Assembly (NCBI GenBank): GCA_964448115.1
Contig: CAYUVA010000041.1
Span: forward strand, 1 to 42,595
Length of the DNA: 42,595 nucleotides
Source of the DNA: an uncultured bacterium
Lineage (GTDB): Bacteria; CAYUVA01
Reading direction: 5' to 3'
The position numbers and the translations under genes were made by a program. The notes beneath the pieces are model-generated. The model searched no databases, was not told the DNA's origin, and saw only the letters and a program-made list of their open reading frames with translations. Shown here one piece after another: positions 30,681-40,606 of this stretch (its first letter is position 1; every line of letters begins with the position of its first letter).

Positions 30681-31673
30681 ATGTCGATTATGGATAAGTT
30701 CTACGGGATGGCTCGCAACAGTTATAAGACCATCGTGCTGCCAGAAGGTAATGATGACAGGATAATTCGCGCTGCTGAGATGATTCATCGCGAGAAGCTC
30801 GCTAGGGTTATCGTTCTAGGCAAACCACGGGATATACTCGCTCGTGCAGGGCAACTGGGCGTCTCATTGGAGGGCGTGGAGCTGATTCAACCTGCAAATT
30901 ATGACAAGCTCGATGATTTCGCTAATGAATACTACCTGCTGCGCAAGGATAAGGGAATCGACCTGGATAAAGCTAGGGAGCAGATGCTCGATGGCTTTTA
31001 CTTTGGTGCTATGATGGTGAGGTTGGGGCTTGCAGACGGGATGGTTGCCGGCTGCGATAACCCGACCGCAAAGACCATCGTCTCCTCGGTGAGGGTAGTT
31101 GGCACTCAACCGGGGGTAAAGACCCTTTCCAGCTTCTTTATGATGGTGCTTCCGACCAAGGAATTCGGGGCGGACGGCGTCTTGTTCTATGCCGATGGAG
31201 CTGTCATCCCTAATCCGGATGCAAAAACCTTGGCTGAGATCGCCATAACCACCGCTAGATCCTTCAAGAAGCTGATCGAGGTGGAGCCTTATGTGGCTAT
31301 GTTATCTTTCTCGACCAAGGGAAGCGGCAAGGATCCTATCGCCGATAAGGTGATCGAGGCAACCGAGATAGCCAGGCAGGCAGCCCCTGATCTAGCCATC
31401 GATGGCGAGCTTCAGGCAGATGCGGCGCTGATAATGTCGGTGGGAGCTAAAAAATGCCCCGCAAGCCCGGTCGCAGGTAAAGCGAATGTTTTGATCTTCC
31501 CCGACTTGAATGCAGGTAACATCGCCTACAAGCTCACCCAGCGCCTGGCAAAGGCGGCTGCCATCGGTCCCATCTTCCAGGGGCTGAATAAGCCGGTAAA
31601 CGACCTCTCAAGGGGAGCTTCCATACAGGATATATTCGATGTTACTGCCATAACCGCTGTGCAGGCGAGTTGA
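30681..31673 (+). CDS. pta: Phosphate acetyltransferase (class I)
   Basis: IVLPEG.D.R, AMLSFSTKGSG, DGELQADAA, FPDLNAGNIAYK, NDLSRG. Confidence 0.96.
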   Translation: MSIMDKFYGMARNSYKTIVLPEGNDDRIIRAAEMIHREKLARVIVLGKPRDILARAGQLGVSLEGVELIQPANYDKLDDFANEYYLLRKDKGIDLDKAREQMLDGFYFGAMMVRLGLADGMVAGCDNPTAKTIVSSVRVVGTQPGVKTLSSFFMMVLPTKEFGADGVLFYADGAVIPNPDAKTLAEIAITTARSFKKLIEVEPYVAMLSFSTKGSGKDPIADKVIEATEIARQAAPDLAIDGELQADAALIMSVGAKKCPASPVAGKANVLIFPDLNAGNIAYKLTQRLAKAAAIGPIFQGLNKPVNDLSRGASIQDIFDVTAITAVQAS

Positions 31674-31695
31674 GCATACCACCTTTTTTATCGTC

Positions 31696-32244
31696 ATGAC
31701 TTGTAATTTCACTCTACGCACAGATTGGGGCTTCATCGCCGGAGAGGCAACCATTGAGCATGGGCTAAGCAGGCTATCGCTACCCTGTGAAAGCCGTACT
31801 GCTGCTATCAGTGAGATCGGTATCCAGGAGCCATGGGAAGGCATAATTGACCTGGAGCAAGCACAAAATGACCAGGTTCCAGCTTTTATTTATTCCATGG
31901 CAGATCGGTTAAGGGAATACTTCAGGGGCAAGAAGGTTAACTTCGATGTTCCAGTAGATCTCAGCGGCTACAGCGAGTTTGCCAAGCATGTTTACCAGGC
32001 GACCAGCAGGATACCCTGGGGAAGGGTTACATCTTATGCCGAGCTGGCTACGCTCTGCGGACATCCCACAGCAGCCAGAGCGGTTGGCAGGGCAATGGCT
32101 TCAAATCGAATTCCGCTGATCATCCCTTGTCATCGGGTTATTGCCATGAACGGCAATCTATCGGGCTTTACCGGTGGGGTCGAGATGAAGCGCCGCCTGC
32201 TAATACTCGAAGGGGTTTTGAACGAGCCGATCAATCTACTATAA
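31696..32244 (+). CDS. ogt: Methylated-DNA--protein-cysteine methyltransferase
   Basis: IPWG...SY, ARAVGRA, IPCHRV active site, GFTGG, LL.LE. Confidence 0.93.
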   Translation: MTCNFTLRTDWGFIAGEATIEHGLSRLSLPCESRTAAISEIGIQEPWEGIIDLEQAQNDQVPAFIYSMADRLREYFRGKKVNFDVPVDLSGYSEFAKHVYQATSRIPWGRVTSYAELATLCGHPTAARAVGRAMASNRIPLIIPCHRVIAMNGNLSGFTGGVEMKRRLLILEGVLNEPINLL

Positions 32245-32249
32245 GCCAA

Positions 32250-33668
32250 CTAGATCACATCGATAGCGAGCACATAGATCCCCAGCTCTCGGACATCGAC
32301 ATTGCCCTTGAAGTGCATGGCGGGGATCCAGGGAGAACAAGATAACTCGATGATCCCTTTTTTTATATCCTTTGCCTTGAGGGGAAACTCGATGGTCTTG
32401 GGGGGACCGTGATCCAGGTCAAAGCTTTGTCTCCTTGTCGCCGAGGTTATTGTCAAAGGCGAGATAGGCTTTACCGGGTTCCCGTTGCGAGCCTTTATTA
32501 TCAATGTCTTACCCCGATTAACCGTAAGCTTTATCTTCGCTTTTGCACACATCCAGCGAGCCTTGCCTTCCTCCATCGTTTCCAGGTTATACCAGCCGCT
32601 TACAAGCTCGAAGCTCTCGGATGCTTTGCCAAACTTAAGGTCATAATCGTTCCTGATGGGGATGCCCAGGCATCTTTGGCAGACCTCAAGCGGGATTCGA
32701 TTCCTGCGAAAGCTGTCCCGGATCGTCCTGAGTTTCTTGCCTCTGATTATCTTCGATAGGGTACTTTTGTTTATGTTACCGATCTTGGTTTTTCCATCAT
32801 AGTCAACACAACAGAAGGTTACGGTGCCGTTTGACAGCACCGCGATCTGACTGAATGGAGCGCAGCAATGTCCTATATGCCTGTTAACCACCATCTTGTC
32901 CTTATACATCCCGCCGGCAAAGGTGTTTAGCTTCTTGAAGCCGACTATAACATCGGGGAGTATGACATAGAGGTTCTCGTTGGGGCAATCCAGCGGCATA
33001 TCCTCGTAGCCGGGCAGGAATTCAGGATATGGATGAGGGGTAAAATCGATGCCGTAGCGCTTTATGACTCTTAATGCGAAGGTCTTCCAATCTTCGAGTA
33101 TATTGAGTGCATCTTTATTATCATGGACGACCTTCAGCCCGGCAACTGGCAGGTTGGTGGTATTGAGATAGTGAATATAAATCCTGGTCGCATACGCCTC
33201 TACCGCCTTCAATTCAACTGCCTCTTGGATTCCCTTGATATAATCATCGAACGGCTTCTTGGTGCGGCGATACTGATTATATAGCTCTTGGGTCGGAGTC
33301 TGGGTGCTGATGACAAGCTCATGAAGCGAGGGGAACAGTTCCCTCATCTTGAAGCGCTCCAATAGGGAGCCATTGGTGAATAGCCTTACCTTAAGACGCT
33401 TTTGACTTATATAACGAACTATCTCAACGAGATCCTTATGTAAAAAAGGCTCACCCATAACATGCAGTTGCAATGGTTTATCGGTAAGCTGGTTGTCTGA
33501 GATCTCATCAACGAGTCGCTTGACGGTTTTAGTGTCCATGGTGCGCCTTTGCCTGGTCATCAGCCTATCCGGGCAAAAGCGGCAGTTGAAGTTGCAGTAA
33601 TTGGTAAGCTCAATAAAGAAATAGGGCTTGCTATCGTGATCCCCATCGCATTTTTCGAACAAGTTCAT
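32250..33668 (-). CDS. Radical SAM protein with SPASM/twitch domain and an extra C-terminal beta domain
   Basis: CNFNCRFC, MGEP, FTNG; CCAPF...VTFCCVD...IGN...CQRC; C-terminal GWY..E...RW...RELG domain. Confidence 0.88.
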   Translation of the reverse strand: MNLFEKCDGDHDSKPYFFIELTNYCNFNCRFCPDRLMTRQRRTMDTKTVKRLVDEISDNQLTDKPLQLHVMGEPFLHKDLVEIVRYISQKRLKVRLFTNGSLLERFKMRELFPSLHELVISTQTPTQELYNQYRRTKKPFDDYIKGIQEAVELKAVEAYATRIYIHYLNTTNLPVAGLKVVHDNKDALNILEDWKTFALRVIKRYGIDFTPHPYPEFLPGYEDMPLDCPNENLYVILPDVIVGFKKLNTFAGGMYKDKMVVNRHIGHCCAPFSQIAVLSNGTVTFCCVDYDGKTKIGNINKSTLSKIIRGKKLRTIRDSFRRNRIPLEVCQRCLGIPIRNDYDLKFGKASESFELVSGWYNLETMEEGKARWMCAKAKIKLTVNRGKTLIIKARNGNPVKPISPLTITSATRRQSFDLDHGPPKTIEFPLKAKDIKKGIIELSCSPWIPAMHFKGNVDVRELGIYVLAIDVI

Positions 33669-33773
33669 GGCGATTAGAAAAATAGCAGAAATGACAAGCT
33701 ATGAACAGATCATAACCATTACAGGAGGTTGCCAAAAAGTAGTTGAAAAAAGGATATGCCTGGATGCTAAGCA

Positions 33774-34487
33774 TCATAGAAGCTGCATCAGCTCTCTGAG
33801 ATCCTCTATTTGCTGGCGAACCCAGTATCCGTGCGGAAGCTCCAAAGCGCGGGGATTGTACCAGATAAGGTCTATATCCGCCCTGTTGGCGCCTGCGACA
33901 TCGCTATAGACCGAATCGCCGATATAGATACATTCGTGGTTGCTTGCTTTTATCTTTTGGAGAGCATGCTTGAAGAACTCAAGGTTCGGCTTGCCAACCC
34001 CCACCTCCTCTGAGCATAAGAAATACTCGAAGAAATCCCAAAGCTGGTAAGCATCCATCTTGCGCGATTGTATATCCCTGAAGCCATTGGTGATAATCGC
34101 CAGCGGATAGCGTGGCTTAAGGTATTGCAGAACATCTATAGCTCCCTCCATCAGAAAGAGCCTCTCCATGTATGATGACAGGTAATCCTCACTGATTGCC
34201 GGGGGATCGATCCCCTCTATGCCAAGCTGATCAATGAGTCTCTCCCATCTTCCGACACGGGTTCGAGAGGCATCGATAAGCCCATTACCATAAGCCTTCC
34301 ATGCGCTTAGGTTATGCTCGGCAAAGCAATCGAAAAAGTCTGCCAATGAGATAGCCTGCTTACCAATCTTGTATTTTTCATAGAGTTTTTCCAGTGCCAA
34401 CCTGCTTGAGCGTGAGTGATCGAACAGGGTGTCATCCATATCAAAAAGGATGAATCTATATGGCTGGCTGTACCTGTTGGTTAGCAT
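33774..34487 (-). CDS. HAD-family YjjG-like pyrimidine nucleotidase
   Basis: FDMDDTLFD, ITNGF, GKP, IGDS..SDV.GA motifs. Start ATG 34487 or TTG 34496. Confidence 0.88.
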   Translation of the reverse strand: MLTNRYSQPYRFILFDMDDTLFDHSRSSRLALEKLYEKYKIGKQAISLADFFDCFAEHNLSAWKAYGNGLIDASRTRVGRWERLIDQLGIEGIDPPAISEDYLSSYMERLFLMEGAIDVLQYLKPRYPLAIITNGFRDIQSRKMDAYQLWDFFEYFLCSEEVGVGKPNLEFFKHALQKIKASNHECIYIGDSVYSDVAGANRADIDLIWYNPRALELPHGYWVRQQIEDLRELMQLL

Positions 34488-34592
34488 CCCTGGCAAGTTA
34501 ACACATTGAGATTTTAAGACAAGGTCTTTCTTTTGATAAAAAAATTCCTTCTTGTGCTTTTAGGAGCAACTTGATAATAATGATTGCTAGGG

Positions 34593-34982
34593 ATGGTTAG
34601 ATTGCCTAAAAAACTTAGCCTGGGAGAACTGGTAACCGCGTTGTTCATATCAGCCCTACTGGTATTGATAATAGCGCCGAGTGCTATTGGCGATGATGCC
34701 GAACTGGAGGCTATACGCAAGGCTCTGGAGGGAATAGGCGATCCTTGGCGTGCAGCAGCCAACCCGGTCTCTGAGCTGCCCGCTTGGCAGAGAAGGATGT
34801 TGCTAGGCGGACTTGAGCCTGACCACGAGGAGGCGCTGGCGCGTTACTACCAGCTCCCTTTTGAGCTTAGCAAGACAGCCAGGTCAGCCTATTTCGATTG
34901 GCGTAACTACCAGGGCACAAGCTGGATGACGCCGGTCAAGAACCAACTCGGCTGTGGCTCCTGCGCAGCGTTTGCCACTTAA
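34593..34982 (+). pseudogene. Truncated papain-family (C1A) cysteine protease precursor
   Basis: Signal peptide, short propeptide (W.A..N..S.L), then FDWR...TPVKNQLGCGSCAAFAT and TAA. The His/Asn half is absent. Confidence 0.78.
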
Positions 34983-35030
34983 ATACTTTATCTCTTCATT
35001 CGTGTCCTTGCGTGGTATGATACTATATTA

Positions 35031-35960
35031 GTGATGACCTTAGATGATATAGCTGACCGCCTTACTGGGAAAGACATTGCTGGCATAATTGAGGAGTGTA
35101 CTTTAATTTTTGAGAATGCAGGCATAACCGAAGCCCAAACAAATGCCCTCTACCTTCTTTGTAGTTTACTTAATAAAAACATCGCTTACTTGAGAGCCTA
35201 TGGATCATCTCGGTTGAGCGAAAGGCAACTTGAGCTTCTTTGTTCTATGATTAAAAGACGGGCTAATCGCCATCCTATCGAGTATATACTCGGAAACACG
35301 GAGTTTCGCGAGCTTGAGCTTTATATCGACTCCAGGGTCATGGCGCCCAGGCAAGAGAGCGAGCTGCTGGTCGAGATCGCGCTTGAAACCCTTGGCCGGA
35401 TGGAGATGGAAGATAAAATTCAAAATCCGTTGGTGCTCGATATCGGCACTGGCAGCGGGAATATAGCCATCTCTTTGGCTGTCGAGCACCCAAGTTGCAA
35501 GGTTATCGCTGTCGATGCCGATAAAGATGCACTTGAGGTTTGCCGAATTAATATCGGTAAATATCATCTCCAGGATCGGGTTAATGCCCTGAAGTGGGAC
35601 ATATTCGCTCCTATGCCACCGGAGATAGCCAAGCATCGATTCCACCTGGTGTGCTCCAATCCGCCATACATTCCTAGCTCTATCATACCGAACCTGATGC
35701 CCGAAGTTAGCTGTTTCGAGCCTAAAATAGCGCTAGATGGGGGCGATGATGGATTGAGAATCATAAGAAGAACTATATATCTTCTTCCAAGGCTGCTAAT
35801 CACTGGCGGACATACTATCATTGAGATCGGGCATGATCAGTCTGATCGCTTGTATGATGAGGTTAAGGGGTGCCCATGGATCGGTGAGTGTCGCTTCGAG
35901 AATGATTACAGGGGAATAAAGCGATTCTGTATTGTAAAGGTGGATTTGAACAATGGATAA
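35031..35960 (+). CDS. prmC: Release factor glutamine methyltransferase
   Basis: RR..HPIEYILG, PRQESE, DIGTGSG, SNPPYI, EPKIALDGG.DGL, EIG..Q. Confidence 0.95.
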   Translation: MMTLDDIADRLTGKDIAGIIEECTLIFENAGITEAQTNALYLLCSLLNKNIAYLRAYGSSRLSERQLELLCSMIKRRANRHPIEYILGNTEFRELELYIDSRVMAPRQESELLVEIALETLGRMEMEDKIQNPLVLDIGTGSGNIAISLAVEHPSCKVIAVDADKDALEVCRINIGKYHLQDRVNALKWDIFAPMPPEIAKHRFHLVCSNPPYIPSSIIPNLMPEVSCFEPKIALDGGDDGLRIIRRTIYLLPRLLITGGHTIIEIGHDQSDRLYDEVKGCPWIGECRFENDYRGIKRFCIVKVDLNNG

Positions 35961-37218
35961 ACTTGTTATTGAAGGCGGTAAACAACTAAGCGGTTTAGTA
36001 AGTGTCAGCGGCGCCAAGAACTCTGCGCTTCCCATCATGGCTGCCTGCATACTCAATCATGGCAAGAACATCCTTCGCAATATCCCACCGCTGCGTGATG
36101 TCAAGACCATGATGATGCTGCTTGAGACAATGGGTGCCAGGTGTTACTGGAAGGATGATCAAACCCTTATTGTCGATACAAGCTGCCTAGAATCGATCAG
36201 AGCTCCTTATGAGCTAGTAAAGACCATGCGTGCCTCAATACTTGTTCTGGGACCGCTGCTAGCGCGCTTCGGCAAGGCGGAGGTCTCCCTGCCCGGTGGC
36301 TGTGCCATCGGTCCTCGTCCAGTGAACCTGCATATCGATGGCATGAGAGCCTTGGGAGCAACCGTATCATTGGAACACGGGTATATAAACGCCGAGGTAA
36401 GAAGGCAGCTTGTTGGCGCTCATATTACGCTGGATATCTCGACGGTTACCGGCACCGAAAATCTAATGATGGCAGCCTTGGGCGCAAAGGAGGAAACGGA
36501 GATCCACAATGCCGCCAAGGAACCGGAGGTCGAGGATCTGGGAAGGGCGCTTTGCATGATGGGTGCCAATATTAGCGGATTAGGCTCTGATACCATCATC
36601 ATACAAGGGGATGCCGAGTTGAAGCCTATCGACTATAGAATAATCCCGGATCGCATCGAGGCGGGGACATTCATGGCTGCGGCTGCCATCACCGGCGGGG
36701 AGATTCATATCAAGGACTGCTATCCTCATCACCTCGATGCGGTGATGGAGAAGCTGGTAGCAGCAGGTTGCCAAATCAAATGCGAGCGAGACAGCATCTT
36801 TATTCAGGGTGCCAAGTATCTAAAGCCGGTGCAGATCGAGACCCAAATATATCCTGGCTTTCCGACTGATATGCAGGCGCAACTCATGGCGGTATTAACG
36901 CTTGCCAAAGGCTCTAGCATGGTTACCGAGACCATCTACCAGGGACGCTTCATGCATGTTGCCGAGCTTAACCGGCTCGGCGCGGACATAACCCTCAAGG
37001 CGCCGGTTGCAATGATTAAGGGCGTAAAGGAGCTTATCGGCGCCGAGGTCATGGCTACCGACCTGCGCGCCTCTGCTAGCCTGGTGCTCGCTGGACTGGC
37101 AGCAAAGGATACTACCGAAGTGCACAGGATTTACCACCTGGAGCGGGGTTACTATAATCTCGATGAGAAGCTCAGGAACCTGGGCGCCAAGGTTTATAGG
37201 GTTGATAACTCCCAATGA
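35953..37218 (+). CDS. murA: UDP-N-acetylglucosamine 1-carboxyvinyltransferase
   Basis: SGAKNSALP, MRAS, LPGGCAIG.RP, EPEV, PDRIEAGT, GFPTDMQ, DLRA. Confidence 0.98.
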   Translation: MDKLVIEGGKQLSGLVSVSGAKNSALPIMAACILNHGKNILRNIPPLRDVKTMMMLLETMGARCYWKDDQTLIVDTSCLESIRAPYELVKTMRASILVLGPLLARFGKAEVSLPGGCAIGPRPVNLHIDGMRALGATVSLEHGYINAEVRRQLVGAHITLDISTVTGTENLMMAALGAKEETEIHNAAKEPEVEDLGRALCMMGANISGLGSDTIIIQGDAELKPIDYRIIPDRIEAGTFMAAAAITGGEIHIKDCYPHHLDAVMEKLVAAGCQIKCERDSIFIQGAKYLKPVQIETQIYPGFPTDMQAQLMAVLTLAKGSSMVTETIYQGRFMHVAELNRLGADITLKAPVAMIKGVKELIGAEVMATDLRASASLVLAGLAAKDTTEVHRIYHLERGYYNLDEKLRNLGAKVYRVDNSQ

Positions 37219-37230
37219 AGGCGGATCGAA

Positions 37231-38481
37231 ATGTCTAAGATTAGAAAGACAATGCTGTATGCCATCTTTTCATTTCTGCCCGCCATTTTAATGTTCGGAG
37301 CCATTGAATGCCTGTTGAGAGCGCATCTGTTTGAATTTTATTATAAGGACATTCGAAAGCTCAATCCTAAGACCAATGCCTTTGCTGTCAGAGCCTTATT
37401 CCCCAAGCCGGACTTGAACCCGGTGCATCCTAGTGAGCAAAAACGCTATGCATTTCGACCCGATACCAGTCTGATATGGTCGCTGAAGCCGAACTTTTAC
37501 TACCAGGGCAAGTTGCTACTGAACCCTAATCCCACTTTGCAGACCAATTCTCTCGGTTTCAGGGGAGACTTTATCAACCCTTACAAACCTGATGGCGTAA
37601 GGCGTATCGCTTGTCTAGGCGACTCAGTTACCTTTGGATACGGAGAAACAATAGGTGAGAGTGATACATATCCCAGAAAACTAGAATCCCTGCTTAATCT
37701 TTTCTATCCCCACCTTGAATTCGAGGTTATAAATGCGGGATGTACCGGCTATTCAAGTCGGCAGGGGAGGATACTGCTGGAAGAAAGAGTATTGCCGCTC
37801 AAGCCAGATCTTGTCATCCTGGGCTTCGGCAACAACGATAGGATTCCCATACAGGTGCCCGAAGAAAAGCAGATGAAGCGCTATCGAGGCTGGAGGGGGG
37901 ATAAGCTTATCATGCTCAATAGCCTGGAATCGTACAAGCTATTAAAATGGTCAATAAACAAACTCAGGGGGAAGCGAGGTCTGCTTCATCCGATTCGAGA
38001 ATCCCCGCGAGTAAGCATTTCTGATTATATAAGTCTCACCAAGCAGATGATCGAGCTTTGTAGGGCTAATGGTGCCAAAGTGCTACTGCTAAACCTGATT
38101 TTCGAGCCGGAATACCATCAGAGGTTGAACCAGGCGCTGAAAAAGCTGCATGAAAGTAGCGGTGTCCTTTATCTCGATATCCGCTCCCTATTCGCCAATG
38201 ACCTGGAGTCTATAAGGCAGCTCGCTCCATACCAGGGCGCGGTTGCCTATCGTGAACTTGAACTGGGTGAACGGCTGCATCACCATCCCTGGCTCTATCT
38301 CATGGATGATGTAGTTCACCCTAATTGTATTGGTCAAGCAAGGATTGCGGATCACATATTTGCATTGATGGTAAAAGAGGAATACTTCAAGGATCTTCTA
38401 AAACCACCGACTCCACATCCATCCCGCAAGTTCCTGCTAAAGATGAACCAGGCTGAACCGTCGCTATTTTCAGTTGATTGA
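37231..38481 (+). CDS. Membrane-anchored SGNH/GDSL hydrolase family protein
   Basis: N-terminal TM, TNSLGFR, LGDSVTFG, NAG..GYSS.QG, GNND, DDVVHPN. Confidence 0.88.
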   Translation: MSKIRKTMLYAIFSFLPAILMFGAIECLLRAHLFEFYYKDIRKLNPKTNAFAVRALFPKPDLNPVHPSEQKRYAFRPDTSLIWSLKPNFYYQGKLLLNPNPTLQTNSLGFRGDFINPYKPDGVRRIACLGDSVTFGYGETIGESDTYPRKLESLLNLFYPHLEFEVINAGCTGYSSRQGRILLEERVLPLKPDLVILGFGNNDRIPIQVPEEKQMKRYRGWRGDKLIMLNSLESYKLLKWSINKLRGKRGLLHPIRESPRVSISDYISLTKQMIELCRANGAKVLLLNLIFEPEYHQRLNQALKKLHESSGVLYLDIRSLFANDLESIRQLAPYQGAVAYRELELGERLHHHPWLYLMDDVVHPNCIGQARIADHIFALMVKEEYFKDLLKPPTPHPSRKFLLKMNQAEPSLFSVD

Positions 38482-38511
38482 AAGACGGCTTGGATCTAAC
38501 ATGTCCCTGTA

Positions 38512-39414
38512 ATGGGTTACCATGCTAAAGAGAACAAGCTGTTGAGAAAGCCTCCCTGGCTGAAAATGCGGGGCTTTGCGGGAAGGGATTACTTCGATAT
38601 AAAGAGAAGGCTGCGCAACCATGCCCTGCATACTGTGTGCCAGGAAGCCCGTTGTCCTAATGCTCGCCAATGTTGGAGCCAAAGGACTGCCACATTCATG
38701 ATCCTGGGGGATATCTGTACCCGCAATTGTCGCTTCTGCGCGGTGAAATCAGGCAATCCAAGTGGATATACAGATGCTGAAGAACCACGCCGACTAGCTG
38801 AGATGATCAAGGAGATCGGCTTGAGATACGCGGTGATAACCTCGGTAACCAGGGATGATCTCGCTGACGGGGGGGCAAGGCATTATGTGGAGTGTGTCTC
38901 CGAGATAAAACTAAGAGTCCCCGGCATCGTTGTCGAGCTGCTTATTCCAGACTTGGGGGGAAAACTAGAGGCGATCGCTCTTATCGCACAAAGCAAAGCC
39001 GAGGTGATCGGGCATAACCTGGAGACGGTCAGGGAACTGAGCCGTAAAGTCAGGGACAGACATACCAGCTACCAGCGATCACTTGAGGTATTGCGGTATC
39101 TTAAACAGGTTAATCAGAACATACTGACCAAGTCTGCCTTGCTTCTCGGCTTGGGTGAGGGCGATCACCAGATTCGCCAGGCTATGAGCGATCTCATCGA
39201 GGCAAAAGTCGATATCCTCGCCCTGGGACAGTATCTACAGCCAACCAGGCAGCATCTGGCGCCATACAGGTACTTGACTCCACAGGAGTTCGATCGCTAC
39301 CGGGAAATTGGGCTTAGCATGGGGTTCAGGTTCGTGGCATCGGCTCCGATGGTGCGCAGCTCCTATCGAGCCGCCGAGTTCTATGCTCGCTATATCCTCG
39401 AGGAAAAAGGCTAA
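38512..39414 (+). CDS. lipA: Lipoyl synthase
   Basis: RKPPWL, CQEARCPN...C, CTRNCRFC, HNLETV, GQYLQP, VRSSY. Confidence 0.97.
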   Translation: MGYHAKENKLLRKPPWLKMRGFAGRDYFDIKRRLRNHALHTVCQEARCPNARQCWSQRTATFMILGDICTRNCRFCAVKSGNPSGYTDAEEPRRLAEMIKEIGLRYAVITSVTRDDLADGGARHYVECVSEIKLRVPGIVVELLIPDLGGKLEAIALIAQSKAEVIGHNLETVRELSRKVRDRHTSYQRSLEVLRYLKQVNQNILTKSALLLGLGEGDHQIRQAMSDLIEAKVDILALGQYLQPTRQHLAPYRYLTPQEFDRYREIGLSMGFRFVASAPMVRSSYRAAEFYARYILEEKG

Positions 39415-39416
39415 TC

Positions 39417-40535
39417 ATGCGCATGATGATCATCGGACCAGTTTATCCTATTCGCGGTGGGAATGCGCTGTTTTTGGGGCACTTGGCTAATGCAATCAAG
39501 GAACGCCATCAACTTAAGGTCATAAACTTCACTAAACTGTATCCCAAGCTGCTATTCCCCGGCACCAGGCAGCATGATATAAGCCAAAAACCCATGAAAC
39601 CGATAGAGGCTGAGGAGATCATCGACTCGACAAATCCGCTGACCTGGCTTGAGGCAGCAAAACGAATAAGGGATTATAAGCCAAAAAGGTTGATCTTCTC
39701 CTGGTGGAATCCATTCTTCGCTTTGCTAACCTCCTATCTTGCCAAGGTCGGCAAATCGGTTGGGGCAAAGGTCGTGATAATTACCGAGAATATCGTATCC
39801 CACGAGAATCGCCTTGCTGATAAGCTGCTGACCAGGCTGGGGCTTCGATATGCACAATGTTTCATTGCCTTGTCTAAGGATGTCGAAAGCAAGCTATCTG
39901 AGCTTTATCCAAACATGCCTATCCATCGCGCTTCCCTGCCGGTATATGACTGCTATCGCCTTGCTGAATACACAAAGGATAAAGCCAGGGAGAAGCTCGG
40001 TCTGAGCGGCAATGTTGCTTTGTTCTTCGGCTATGTGCGCAAGTACAAGGGATTGAGCTACCTGATCGATGGATTCGCCCAGGCGCTGGAGCATGTACAG
40101 ATGAGGCTGCTTATTGTCGGTGAGTTCTATGATGATATCAAGCGATATCGAACCCAGATAAAAAAACTTGGCATCGAGGATAAAGTCATCATAGTCCCTC
40201 GTTATGTCAACAACGAGGAGGTAGGTCTGTATTTCAAGGCTGCCGATGTGGTCGTCCTGCCCTACCTGAGCGGGACACAGAGCGGTATCACACAGGTAGC
40301 CCTTGCCTTCGAGACCCCGATGATCGCTACCGATGTCGGCGGCATCGGAGAGGTTGTAAAAGACAAAGAGAGCGGGTTGCTCATTCCACCCGGCGATTCG
40401 AGGGCTATTGCTGAAGCACTGGTTCGTTTTTTTACTGATGATATGGCACCGAGACTCAAGGAGAACCTCAGGCGAACAAGGGGAAATAAGCAAAATGCCC
40501 TGGATAGCCTGGTTAAAATCATCGAGGCTGATTAG
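39417..40535 (+). CDS. Glycosyltransferase family 4
   Basis: P.RGG, LFFGYVRKYKG, ADVVVLPY.SGTQSG, TDVGG..E. Confidence 0.92.
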   Translation: MRMMIIGPVYPIRGGNALFLGHLANAIKERHQLKVINFTKLYPKLLFPGTRQHDISQKPMKPIEAEEIIDSTNPLTWLEAAKRIRDYKPKRLIFSWWNPFFALLTSYLAKVGKSVGAKVVIITENIVSHENRLADKLLTRLGLRYAQCFIALSKDVESKLSELYPNMPIHRASLPVYDCYRLAEYTKDKAREKLGLSGNVALFFGYVRKYKGLSYLIDGFAQALEHVQMRLLIVGEFYDDIKRYRTQIKKLGIEDKVIIVPRYVNNEEVGLYFKAADVVVLPYLSGTQSGITQVALAFETPMIATDVGGIGEVVKDKESGLLIPPGDSRAIAEALVRFFTDDMAPRLKENLRRTRGNKQNALDSLVKIIEAD

Positions 40536-40606
40536 GGGTAATAGACAGGATACCGATGCCTGATCAACATAAAAGCAGTATCTTGAATAGGATTTCCCCC
40601 GGCGGA

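Noticed and set aside
34980-35033. Readthrough or selenocysteine recoding of the papain fragment into the in-frame prmC
   Set aside because: The stop is TAA rather than TGA, the downstream frame has no C1A sequence, and fusing a secreted fragment to cytoplasmic PrmC is implausible.
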